Of a stretch of DNA of 47,309 nucleotides, positions 20,222 to 31,294 are shown piece by piece. The position numbers and the translations under genes are program-made. How positions within the stretch are numbered: the stretch's first letter is position 1; every line of letters starts with the position of its first letter. The stretch comes from Basidiobolus meristosporus CBS 931.73 (taxonomy: Eukaryota; Fungi; Basidiobolomycota): positions 1-47,309 of the forward strand of contig MCFE01000674.1 in assembly GCA_002104905.1 (NCBI GenBank), in the 5' to 3' direction. The notes below the pieces were generated by a model, which was not told the DNA's origin, made no database searches, and saw only the letters and a list, made by a program, of their open reading frames with translations.

Positions 20222-22862
20222 ATGAATGCTGATTTAGAACAGATGTTTTTCGTGCCCTATGTACCTCCTGTTGGTGAAAAGTCGAGTCCACAATCGGAGA
20301 ACTGGCTACATGCACTGCAACTTTGGAACAATTCCCTTCGACGCTTGCTCCAAGTGACCGACCAGAAATTCCAAGAATTTCTAGCGGTTGATGAATCATT
20401 CCCCATTTTTGCCCAGACCTATCTGCGCTATCGCTCCCGGGAAATAGACTCGAGTTCAGACCCACACACTAGTGAAGCCGAGGCGGAGCTCTCCAAACGT
20501 GTATTGATGGTGTTTTTCAGGATTTCAAATGGCTCGGACTGGGCTTATATGGAGCTACTGCACCGAAGAAATATTCTGGTCGTCCCTATCCTTCTAGATT
20601 TGGCTTTGGCATACGCCGATTCAAACTCAAAAGTAACGCAATCAATCTTCGGTAAAATCTTGACCGCAGTACCTGTTCTGAAGGAGAGCTTCAAAGAGAG
20701 CATCGATTTCCTTGGGAAGTACATTAGCAAGATTAGCAATATATATCGAAACAGGACAGCTACTACGTACGACCTGGAAACTTGGAGAAAACATCTAATA
20801 GCATTGACAGATATCGTAAGAACTCTAGACAATGCTTGCAAGAGCTCGGAATTCATTGGGTCGCTGCTGAATGAGAACAAGGAGTTCATCACGCTTTTGT
20901 TTAACTTCTACGGCGAAGCCGTGTTAGCTATGCAAACCCAGCTGGCCGAAGCCGACCCCATCGAGAGCAAACCGCTCCGAACATTGCTTGTTCGTCTGAA
21001 GTATTCCATAATGTGCTTGCTTTACTCCATCCTAGATTCCTGCTTCTTCCGGCAATTCCGCGATGCCTCCGGCAACCAAGATGCGTTGGAACTCGCCATG
21101 GAGAATTGCTGCCAAACATTCATGTTCATCATGGATCTGACGAATGCCACCAAGGAAGCCGTTCCGTTCATCAACGCACCGCTACTCGTTGACACCGAAA
21201 TAGAACTTGACGTGAGCAAGGAGCTGACCAAAATCAAAGATGATATTTTCAATGGATATCCTTTACCTAACTGACTTGGGCCGATCGTTCCGAGCCTAGC
21301 TACCCACTCTCTTCATGATTTCTTAACTCTAGACAAACCGAGGATGCTCGTCTTGAATTTGTCATTACATCTTTAGGAGAGCTGAAGTCCAGATGTAGCA
21401 TTTCATACCGTACTTCAATTCTGCAAGGCAGAGAACCCGCCCCGTCCCAGCCATCTGTAAGCGATTCACGAATTTGACATTCACTCGGCATTGAACTCAA
21501 CGCGAATCCCCTTTTTCTAGGCCGAACAGAACGTCAACATATACGTTCAACGGTCGTCGTTGATCTCGCAAATCCAGGATTTATTCCCTCACCTCGGGGA
21601 TGGATTTCTTGAGGCGTGCCTTATCGAATTTAACGATGATGTTGAAAGAGTAATCATGCTACTGCTGGAGGACTCGTTACCTTCTAGCCTAAGTCAACTA
21701 GATCGATCAATGAAAAGGTATGCCACCCTTTCTCACTATCCATAGAGCCTCGTCTAAACTCGCTACATCAGATCACCGCTTGAGCCGGTCGATGCTCAAA
21801 TCGCAATTCCCGAACCGACCGCACCCTCAGGTTTGTCTCTTAACCTTTGCTTGCTTCTGGTTCCTACATGAGTAACAACCAAGTCATCCAGCTGACCTCA
21901 TCTCACAACGCCAAAATATATTCAACAACGATGAGTTTGATGTGTTTACCAGACGTGATGTCGACCTGAGCAAGGTCAGCTTTGGCAAGAAAGAGTAAGT
22001 AGTCGATCAACAACTCCTAGCGTTCAAGTCGGTTGTGGTTTTAACCCTTCCTTGTAGTCGGGGCAATGCCGACCAGATGCTAAATGACAAAGACTATGTT
22101 CAAAGCAACAAGCAATCTCTTCTCGAAACACTATTCAATGAAGACGATGACGAATATGACGATACATATGACGGGATCAACGAAGTGGGTGGCAGTTTAG
22201 ATGCTCACCTACTCGATGACTTGGACAACCAGGCAGAAGGCCAAGCTACCACAAAAAGTGTACGATACTCAGTTGAAATACGCATGTGTGATATGTTGTG
22301 TAAAGAGCAGTATATTCACTCAAACCCTATGATTTCTAGGAGGACCTTGGTACAATACATGAAGGTCTATTGGTTCAGGAAATGGCGTCTGATCCCTCTG
22401 TATTCGAGAGAAATGCCAAGGCACGTAAGTCTGCCCAACGCCAAAAGCTGAGAAATATTACCGGGATGTCGGACGAGCAAATCGAAGGGTGGTACGTCAT
22501 GCTCATGAGAAACGTAAGTCTTTTCCAGCAAAGCCACCTTCTCATGCTTCGAGAGTACTGAACCTGGTTGTCTTCACTAGGCCAAGAAAGGAAAACTAAT
22601 CGAGAAGTATGAGCTGCAAGGAAATCAAAACAGAGATGCAACAGCACAGACCCCGAGGAGTGATGAGCCTAGCTCTCGGGCGGCACATCCGCCTAAGAAT
22701 CCAAAAGCTCGTAATGGCAAGGTTGAGGACCCGTCCAAACAGCAATCCACAAATATGTCGGATCGAGATAAGGCGCGTAAGGAGAAATCCAAGGGTAAAC
22801 GAGCCAACCATAACCGGAAGGGTCAACACATGAAGAAGATGGCATTGAACAATGCGGTATAA
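20222..22862 (+). CDS. ASCC2: ASCC2 / Cue3-like CUE-domain protein, multi-exon
   Basis: CUE domain ISQIQDLFPHLGDGFLEACL...VIMLLLEDSLP, acidic EDDDEYDDTYD motif, basic C-terminus KSKGKRANHNRK. Confidence 0.9.
21256..21338 (+). other. U12-type AT-AC intron (ASCC2 intron 1)
   Basis: Starts ATATCCTTT; branch TTCTTAAC (21320-21327); ends AC at 21337-21338. The spliced frame reads DIFNG|EDARLEF. Confidence 0.85.
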
Positions 22863-23696
22863 CCATGATGAATGTATTTCAGGTGTTCCTGAGTGTAACA
22901 TTAATTAAATCACGCATAATTTAAGCCAGATCGGATGTAGTGGGATAAATCCGATGATGGGGACTTCTTTTGCTTCTTCCATAATATTTGGCCCAGAGCA
23001 GAGGACCATTTTCTAGTGGTTGAACTCTAAACATCACACTCCACCCCACCCGGAAGTTGATTGGATTAGTGCTTGGCTGAGGTAGATTACACAACGTTCT
23101 GGGCTGTCTCGCTAAAAGAGCTCGTGACTGTCTGAATTCTATTATTGTTTATCACATTCATTCAGAAATTTATAGTTCGGTTAGTTGGGGCAATTCTGGC
23201 ACTGCAACTGCATTTACACCACACACAACTCCGTCTACTTGGATAGCTTTGAGCAGCACACCCTCATCTACCAACCCAAACTCTATCGCTTCCTACTAGA
23301 AGCATGCCTTTTGCACTTGAATAGATGCTTTGTGGGGCGGCAGTATCGATTCAGGCGTTACTAAAAACTTTCTTGGATTGGAATCATTACTGTAATTCAA
23401 GACTAGTGTGTTGTACTTACTAACCGAAGTAACTGGCAGCCAGTGAGGTGACTTGATTTTCTCCTCCCTGGGAAAAAGCAACCAATTACACCTCTTGAAA
23501 AATGGCTAATGACGGATGCCCAATCGAGTGCAAAAAAATATTTCTTGATCACAATTTGGGATTGTGCATATATGCTCCTGCACACTTGGGCGACTGAGGA
23601 TTTGCTTTCTGGTGCCCATTCAATTAGACTATCCTCTACAAAAGAGGATTATACAACTTCCATACACTTTTGATATCACTTCCGGTTGCTTCAAAT

Positions 23697-25156
23697 ATGT
23701 TCACCTTGTCTCATAGGGTATTGTTAGCTCCTCGTACTGCTAGCGTGCTTAATGCTTTAAAGCGCTCATTCAGCGGGGTTTCTAGCGTTAACACGCTCAG
23801 TGGCTCTCTTGCCTCTTCGCGACCCAAACCTGTCCGGGCTCACTTTGCTGGTAAAGCGAGAAATTGGACTCAAGCTGTACAGGAGGCAGAGGTACTTGTC
23901 CAACACCAACCTACAATCAAGCTCGAGCCAAAGCAGTTGCTCGGAACCAACATCACCCAGATTTCCCCAAACATCAAAAACTTGCTGGAAACCAAAGATA
24001 GCCAGCTTTACTTGACAAGCAAGTATTATTTTGAGCAACCTGGGAAACATGTTCGCCCACTGCTAGTATTATTGATGTCCCAAGCAACTAGCCTGGCCGC
24101 TAAGGAGTCGTCGTTCAAACCTCTCGAGGCTTACGAGTCTATGGACACCAATTTAAGCGCCAATAGTGAGTCTTGGCTAAGAGCAGACAAAGGGGATTTT
24201 TATCGAAAGTCCATAAGCTCCGAGGGTTGTGTTATTCTACCTACCCAGCGTCGTCTTGCAGAGATTGCGGAGATGATACACACTGCATCCCTGGTTCACG
24301 ATGACGTGGTCGACGATTCTCCAACTCGCCGTGGCTCCGCCTCCACCAACGCTACATTTGGAAATAAGCAGGCAGTGCTCGCGGGGGACTTCATTTTGGC
24401 CCGTACTTCGATAGCTCTTGCCCGACTCAGAAATCCTGAGGTAATCGAACTTTTGGCTAAGGTCATTGAAGACCTTGTAGACGGTGAGTTCAAGCAGCTG
24501 AAGAACACCAACCAGAATAGCCATGAGAAACCGAACCTATCCACATTCGACCATTACATGGAAAAGACCTATTTGAAAACTGCCAGTCTAATCGCGAACA
24601 GTTGCAAAGCCACTGCTTTACTCGGCGGAAACACCAGTTCTGTGGCCGAACTGGCATATTCATTTGGTAGAGATCTTGGCCTAGCGTTCCAGGTAAATAT
24701 CCCCTCAAGCTCTTGAGTTCAGGCTGCAGCCACTAACATGTCCCATCTGGGAATAGCTAGTAGATGACATGCTCGACTACACCACCACTGCGGACGAGTT
24801 TGGAAAGCCCGTGGGTGCTGATTTAAAGCTTGGTCTGGCCACTGCGCCAGTTCTGTTTGCTTGGGAGGAGTTCCCTGAGCTTGGTCAATTGATCAAGCGC
24901 AAGTTCTCTCAGTCAGGGGATATTGAAAAGGTGGTGTATTTCAGCCTGTTGGATATATTACCCGTCATATCTAACCTGTATATATGTTATCAAGGCTTAC
25001 CAACTTGTGTGGCGCAGCAACGGGATCCGACAAACGCGTAAATTGGCGGAGTCTTTCTGCCAAAAAGCCATCAATGCCGTTCAACAATTGCCGCCCTCTC
25101 AAGCACAAGAGGCCTTAATCCAGTTAGCACACAAGGTGGTGACTAGAACTCATTAG
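23697..25156 (+). CDS. COQ1: Mitochondrial polyprenyl-diphosphate synthase
   Basis: Exons 23697-24692, 24757-24930 and 24995-25156. GKHVRP, VHDDVVD (FARM), KTASL and FQ|LVDDMLD (SARM); Arg/Ser-rich presequence. Confidence 0.96.
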
Positions 25157-25670
25157 ATCCAATTGCATTCATCAGTCCCATTTTCCCATTCACATTCTTG
25201 TACATTGCGCATGATCCCTGTTTGCTTGATGTGACCCTCTTGGTGGCTGTACTATACCCAACAAGAGAGCTAAATCTCTTAGAGTGATCTTTAACTTATT
25301 TTTAACTCTTACAACTGCCAAAGCAGTTGAATACGCACAGGACATGATCCCATTAAAGTTTCTCTAGAATCCAGTTACCAAGCTGTATATTCAACACTGG
25401 TCCTGTGTTGCAGATTATTGGATTCAATTGGCTGGGTGTCCACCAGCTTTATAATCCCAACTTACGGTGTAATAGCAGCGAAATACCTAAACAGACAGTC
25501 TCTACATCATGCCCAATAGCCCGGCCAGAGGTTATACGTAAGCGCTAACCACTAGACCCAGCCTTCACTCCATGGAAATTGATTCGCGGCGGGTGGAACA
25601 AATGGATGAATGAGATGACTAGATGAACTCGGGTTTATTTGGTAGTTGAGAAGTGCTTCTATGTTGTGGT

Positions 25671-26326
25671 TTAGATGAAGCCAATCTTGTTGGCAACGTC
25701 CAAGGCGTCAACGTCGGCTGTGAGACGAACATAGGCCTTCTTTTGGCCATCAGGACGGATGAGGGTGTTGATCTTGGCGGCGTCGACATCGTAAAGTCTC
25801 TTGACGGCATCGCGGATTTGACGTTTGTTGGCACGAACATCGCACAAGAAGACGAGAGTGTTGTTGTCTTCGATCTTCTTGATGGCGGTTTCGGTGTTCA
25901 ATGGGCTACGGACCACCTCGTACTGATCCATGCGGGGGGCGCTGGGGACAGATTTGCGAGGGTAACGAGGGGCACGGGCGAGGCGGAGGGTCTTGGGAAG
26001 ACGGAAGGTGGTGGAAGTACGCACTTTGCGAGTGACGCTGCCATGGGTACCCTTCAAAGCGGCCTTCTTGGCGGCGAGAGCTTTGTTCTTCTCAGAGGCG
26101 ACTAGAATTGGAATGCATGTTAATTAAGGTTCTCAGCCGATGTGTTGGTGAAAGTCAGATAGATGGATGGATAAGGAGCACTTCAATCGATTACTAATGA
26201 TGGGGAGGTGTACTGTGGGCTGTTTCGTTAGTAGGCAATGCCCGGTGGGGAGGAGGATGGAGCTGTATGCTGTGGGGAGACCGACATGGAGAGTTTGGAT
26301 GTGTTACCTTTAGCTTTGGGAGCCAT
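25671..26326 (-). CDS. RPL25: 60S ribosomal protein L25 / L23a (uL23)
   Basis: Exons 26326-26308 and 26101-25671 give 149 aa: [24 protein letters not shown]...[18 protein letters not shown]. Confidence 0.98.
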
Positions 26327-27608
26327 CTACGAATTGTACACTTCCTGGTCGTGAGTGGAAAGGAAAGAGGACATGCCACTCGAATGGGAATGCTATTTAT
26401 TTCCGGATGGCTTGGATCCATCCGCTGGACACCCTAAATCCCACCTCGATTCCATGGATTCCTAGGAAAATTTTCCTCTGCATCAGCATCATTCAATGCA
26501 GGTATAATGCCACCTTTATATGGATCAGTTCGAGTTCTGGAGACTCACCCTGAACCCATGCCCCGCCATGCGGATTCGAGTGAGGTGATCTCATCCTTCG
26601 ACTCTGGCGGACTCCAACACCCGACTTGGAGATAAGCTGCACAAACATGATTGATTCCACTTCCAATGAGCCATCAACCCACTCAGTGAGCTATTGAAAT
26701 TGCTGAGCCCAACCCGGCTACACCCTCTGTTCCCACTGGTATTCCCTTGATGTGTCATCCCGGATAAATGTCCGTCTGTAATGTGGTTAGGTAGTACTAC
26801 TATTGTCATTGGGCGTCTACGAGCCATCCTTTTCATGTGATATTGTTGGTGGATTATGGGTACTAAGCCCTGGAGGTAGCTTGGTCATTCCCTGGCCAAT
26901 CAATGCCCGCTCATCACTCTCACACTATTCAAGGGACCGTGGCAGGCACCCTAAAGAGATGGGATTTTCTCACCGGCTGTCACGAGAACATAAGGAATGT
27001 TTTGAGAACTTGGTAGGACCGAATTTGGAACCAACAACTCTAACAGGTCCACTGCCAGAGAGTGGTTTCCTAACCCTAATACTAGGTACCGGTCATACTG
27101 GTTGGGTCTCCGGATTTCAAGGGCAGCCCTCACTACAGGTCGATCAGCTAGCCCTGAACAATGTTGTCAAGGTCATCGTCCCCGCTCACAAGAAGCGCAG
27201 GAAGCGACTTCGATGACGGTGGTAGCTCATGGGAGAGAATGGGTTGGAACTCCCCTCCACCTCCCCTCCACCTCTATTCCACCCGCATCCTCGCTCTCAT
27301 GCTCATGCTCATGCTCATGTCCATCTCCATTCCACCCGCAAATTTCCGAGCATTGTCAAGATGTATCGTGGGAAAAGGTGGAAGCAGAGATCAAAAAAAG
27401 GGATGACCATGACGAGGTACTTTTACATTACAATTTGGTCCACTCATTTACTTTGAGGGCCGTCACATGGTTTTTCTTCTGATCCCCTATATGGAGAGAG
27501 TCTACCGTGGAAAATATATAAATCCCTCCTGCTCCCACTGTGGTTCCAAAGGCCATCCATACGTAATCCTCTCTACCCTTGACACTTTCCTCCCCACCAG
27601 ATTAGTCC

Positions 27609-29287
27609 ATGTCTACTGTCTACCGTGCGCTACACACTTGCGCTAGAAGCCGCACCGCCACGAATCAACTTCGATTATCATTTGTCCGCGCCTCCCCACA
27701 CTACCTGCCCGCCCTTAGCACCGGCGCCTTGGTAAGGATTCAATCAATCTTCCGGTTGCTTGAACCGTCCACTTGAGCTGCGCGCTAACCGCCCCCCCTT
27801 TCTAGCTAACTAGCCAACGTTATTCCTCTACTGGATCCCAAAAGATTTACGGCTCCGCTCTGGAGGCCACGAAAGATATCCCCAGTGGCTCCAAGCTTCT
27901 TGTCGGTGGCTTCGGACTATGCGGTATCCCTGAGAATCTAATCAAGGCCCTGCAACACCACTCACACATCAAGGATTTGACCGCTGTCTCCAACAATGCC
28001 GGAGTGGATGACTTCGGACTGGGCGTACTGTTGAAGTCACGCCAGATCAAACGCATGATGTCTTCCTACGTGGGGGAGAACGCGGAGTTCGAGCGACAGT
28101 ACCTCAACGGTGAGCTGGAGGTGGAGCTCATCCCTCAAGGAACCTTGGCCGAGCGGGTCCGAGCTGGTGGTGCCGGGGTCCCGGCTTTCTACACCGCCAC
28201 CGCGTACGGCACCCAGATCCAGCATGGTGGGGTGCCCATCAAGTATTCGAACGATGGTAAGCGCACCCCCGTTATCGTCTCCCAACCTCGCGAGGCACGG
28301 GAGTTTAACGGGGTGAACTACATCATGGAGGAAGCGATCACCGGGGATTATGCCCTTGTCAAGGCCTGGAAGGGGGATGAATTCGGGAACTTGGTCTTCA
28401 AGGGATCCGCCCGAAACTTCAACCCAGCCATGGCCCGTGCGGGTAGGATCACCATCGCCGAGGTGGAGGAGATCGTGCCGGTGGGCACGCTCAAGCCGGA
28501 CGAGATCCATCTTCCGGGGATCTACGTTCAACGGTTGGTGAAGGGGGAGAAGTACGAGAAACGCATCGAACGCCTCACCTTGAGCCAGGAGGGTGGCGGA
28601 CTCTCGAGCCCCAGCAAGGGTGGGGACAGCCACAAGAAGCGCGAGCGCATCGTGCGCAGAGCTGCCAAGGAGTTCCAAGATGGGATGTACGTGAATCTCG
28701 GGATTGGCATGCCCATGCTCGCCTCGAATTACGTGGAGCCGGGGATGACCGTGCACCTTCAGAGCGAGAATGGTATCTTGGGGCTCGGCCCATTCCCAAA
28801 ACCCGGGGAGCAGGATCCCGATCTTATCAACGCCGGCAAGGAGACCGTCACCCTTATCAAAGGGTCGTCCCTCTTTGGTAGCGACGATTCGTTCGCCATG
28901 ATCAGAGGCTCCCATGTGGACCTGACCATCTTGGGCGCCATGGAGGTCTCTTGCCAAGGAGACCTGGCCAATTGGATTATCCCAGGGAAGATGGTCAAGG
29001 GAATGGGTGGCGCTATGGATCTGGTCGCCGCCGAAAAGACCAAGGTGGTGGTTACCATGGACCATACCTCGAAATCCGGCGCCCACAAGATCCTGCCCGC
29101 TTGCAACCTCCCCTTGACCGGAGTGAACTGTGTCGACAGAATCATCACCGACCTTTGCGTGTTCGATGTTGACAAGCAGAACGGACTGATCCTGAAGGAA
29201 TTGGCCAAGGGAGTGACCGTGGACGAGATTAAGGCGAAGACAGGATGTCCATTCGAGATCGCTTCCGATCTAAAGGAGACCTATTAA
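27609..29287 (+). CDS. OXCT1: Mitochondrial succinyl-CoA:3-ketoacid CoA transferase (SCOT, fused A+B domains)
   Basis: Presequence exon 27609-27731, intron 27732-27805. [24 protein letters not shown], catalytic [15 protein letters not shown]. Confidence 0.96.
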
Positions 29288-31109
29288 CCGTGGAGGAAAG
29301 AGCCTCCCCCCCCCATCATTCACCGATTTGTCACCAACACTGATTGCAAGACCCACCCCTGTACACTAATGAAAACTGCATCTCCCCCAACAACAACTCT
29401 TACTCACGGTGTCCCCTCGGTACAGCCACACCGTTATTCCACGCCTAGAACATGTTATATCATGGGTCACTCGCTTTGAATAAACCAAACTTCCCCACCC
29501 AATACTCCAGACCAGAAACAACATCCTTACCAGGATCCCCCCCCCTCCACGATGGAGTTACCGCGTTGGATGGAACATCGCCTTCACTCCATCGCAAACT
29601 CCATGAAATTAGCTACCCTCCGGCCCGTCTTATGAAGTTCTTTGGGCTGGGAGGTGTTTGGAATGCCCACGAGGTTGTGTTGCCAACGAGCTTACGCAGA
29701 TGGGCAGGTGGGTGGGGGAGATTGTTCATTCATCTCCGAAGTGCCCACCTCTTCAGTAGGTCAGAAATCCCTGGGAATCCTGGGGGTGACGACACCAGGT
29801 TGGTCCAAATCGATCGTCGCCTACCGCGGGAAACCCCGATATCAATAGGCCGATGGGGGAATGGGTGATTTCGTGGCATCCATGGATTTCATTCGGTCAA
29901 CCATGCTCGTTGAATGGTGGATGTGAGGGGGAGGGGGCATCTGATGTATGCTGATGCTGTCAACATTGGCTCCACCTAGAACACATACTGAATTGGCGCA
30001 CCTAAAGCATGGCATGGTTGGGATAGCATGGAGTATACACTAGAGGTTGGTGAAAATCCCTCAACGCCCATCAATCCGCAAATTCTCAACGGCACCATGT
30101 ATGGAGAAAGCCACGATCTCCCAAACACCTCCCCTGTAGCAGCATCTTGATTTTTGCTTTCCGCACTTGGTGATCAGATCCATCCGACTCTTCAGCAGAG
30201 GGAAGACCCCAGTAATCGCGGTAGCCGACATCCCACGGAGTGGTTACTTGGGCCTCATAACCTGCTGTGTGTGCTCTGGAGATTTTGGAGGTGATTGGGA
30301 ATACCGGTAGATGGTGTGGGTCCCACTTCATGACTTCTGGGATACGGGAGTTTTACAAGGTGCTTGGCAAAACAAGCATGTAGAACATGCTTATGAAGCT
30401 CCCAAACACCAGAGTGTGAATTATGAGGTCCTTTGGATAGCTCTAGGAGCCCTCATATGCCAAGTACTAGCCATCTCATCAAAGCTTTTTAGTGCATCCC
30501 AACCAAGAAGCTGGGTAGGCAATCAAAATGTTTAAAAATCAGCATCGAAGTAACAAAGTTGATGCAAGTGTCTTGATGTGGTTGCAAATGCCAAAGCAAT
30601 AGAAGGTTTTTGGGATGCTTAAATGTTGGCGCAACACATTCAATCTGGTACACATGCTGGTGATGATAAAGCAATGTGAAAGGTCACTCTAAGCAAAGAA
30701 TAAACCAGAGGCCTCCACAGTTTCATTGTAGTATCAGCAGGATTCCAGGTTTCTCTGAACTTACAACAATCAATATCTCAGGTTCCAGCAATTTGGCAGA
30801 CTAGAAGACATATTTCAACAGAGGAGGCTGGGCTAATCAATGCTCATATCAAGCTTGGCATACACTACTCACCACTTTCACCAATATTTACAAATGGAAA
30901 TATGAAGGAAAAGCAGCAACAGAATGCTTGCAAAGTAGCATTGAAACACTTGCAGAATACCAGATATTTTGTAGGATCCCTGAGCAATTACTGCATTTGT
31001 AGCCACCTGGAAACCTATCAAATCAACACTACCTCTGAGGACTTCCCCCACTCAGACCTCTAGGCCATTGCATATCAACCAAACTCTTAAACTCCCAACC
31101 TCTAATTCT

Positions 31110-31294
31110 TGTTGTAAAGTCTTGGAGATATTGCAAGTGATTGGGAAAACTAGTAGTTTATGTGGCTTCACATAATGCCTCATTGAATGTAATAGTAGTG
31201 TTAATACTTAAATATAGTCTTGGCAAAACAAACACTTAGAATATGCTTAGAAAGGTGTCAAGATCATGTGTGCAAAGTTTGGGGCTGTTCAGAC
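31110..31294 (-). repeat. Partial, older LTR of the same copia family, interrupted by the next element
   Basis: TGTTGTAAAGTCTTGGAGATATTG...CATGTGTGCAAAGTTTGGGGCTG aligns to 5503-5690 and stops abruptly at a new TGTTGTAA. Confidence 0.88.

Noticed and set aside
25653-26105. 150-aa plus-strand ORF
   Set aside because: Antisense to RPL25.
26102-26307. Possible intronic snoRNA in the long RPL25 intron
   Set aside because: CTGA motifs are present, but there is no convincing box C or terminal stem.
26520-26545. GTTCGAG resembling a tRNA T-loop
   Set aside because: The flanks do not form a T-stem or cloverleaf. No tRNA, rRNA or CRISPR array is supportable anywhere in the window.
27229-27456. His-rich ORF (HAHAHAHVHLH)
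   Set aside because: Arises from a short (GCTCAT)n microsatellite; no other support.
28037-29086. 349-aa minus-strand ORF, and the idea that the GC-rich SCOT gene is a bacterial transfer
   Set aside because: The ORF is an antisense shadow of a high-GC gene. SCOT has a mitochondrial presequence, an intron and the fused eukaryotic A+B architecture.
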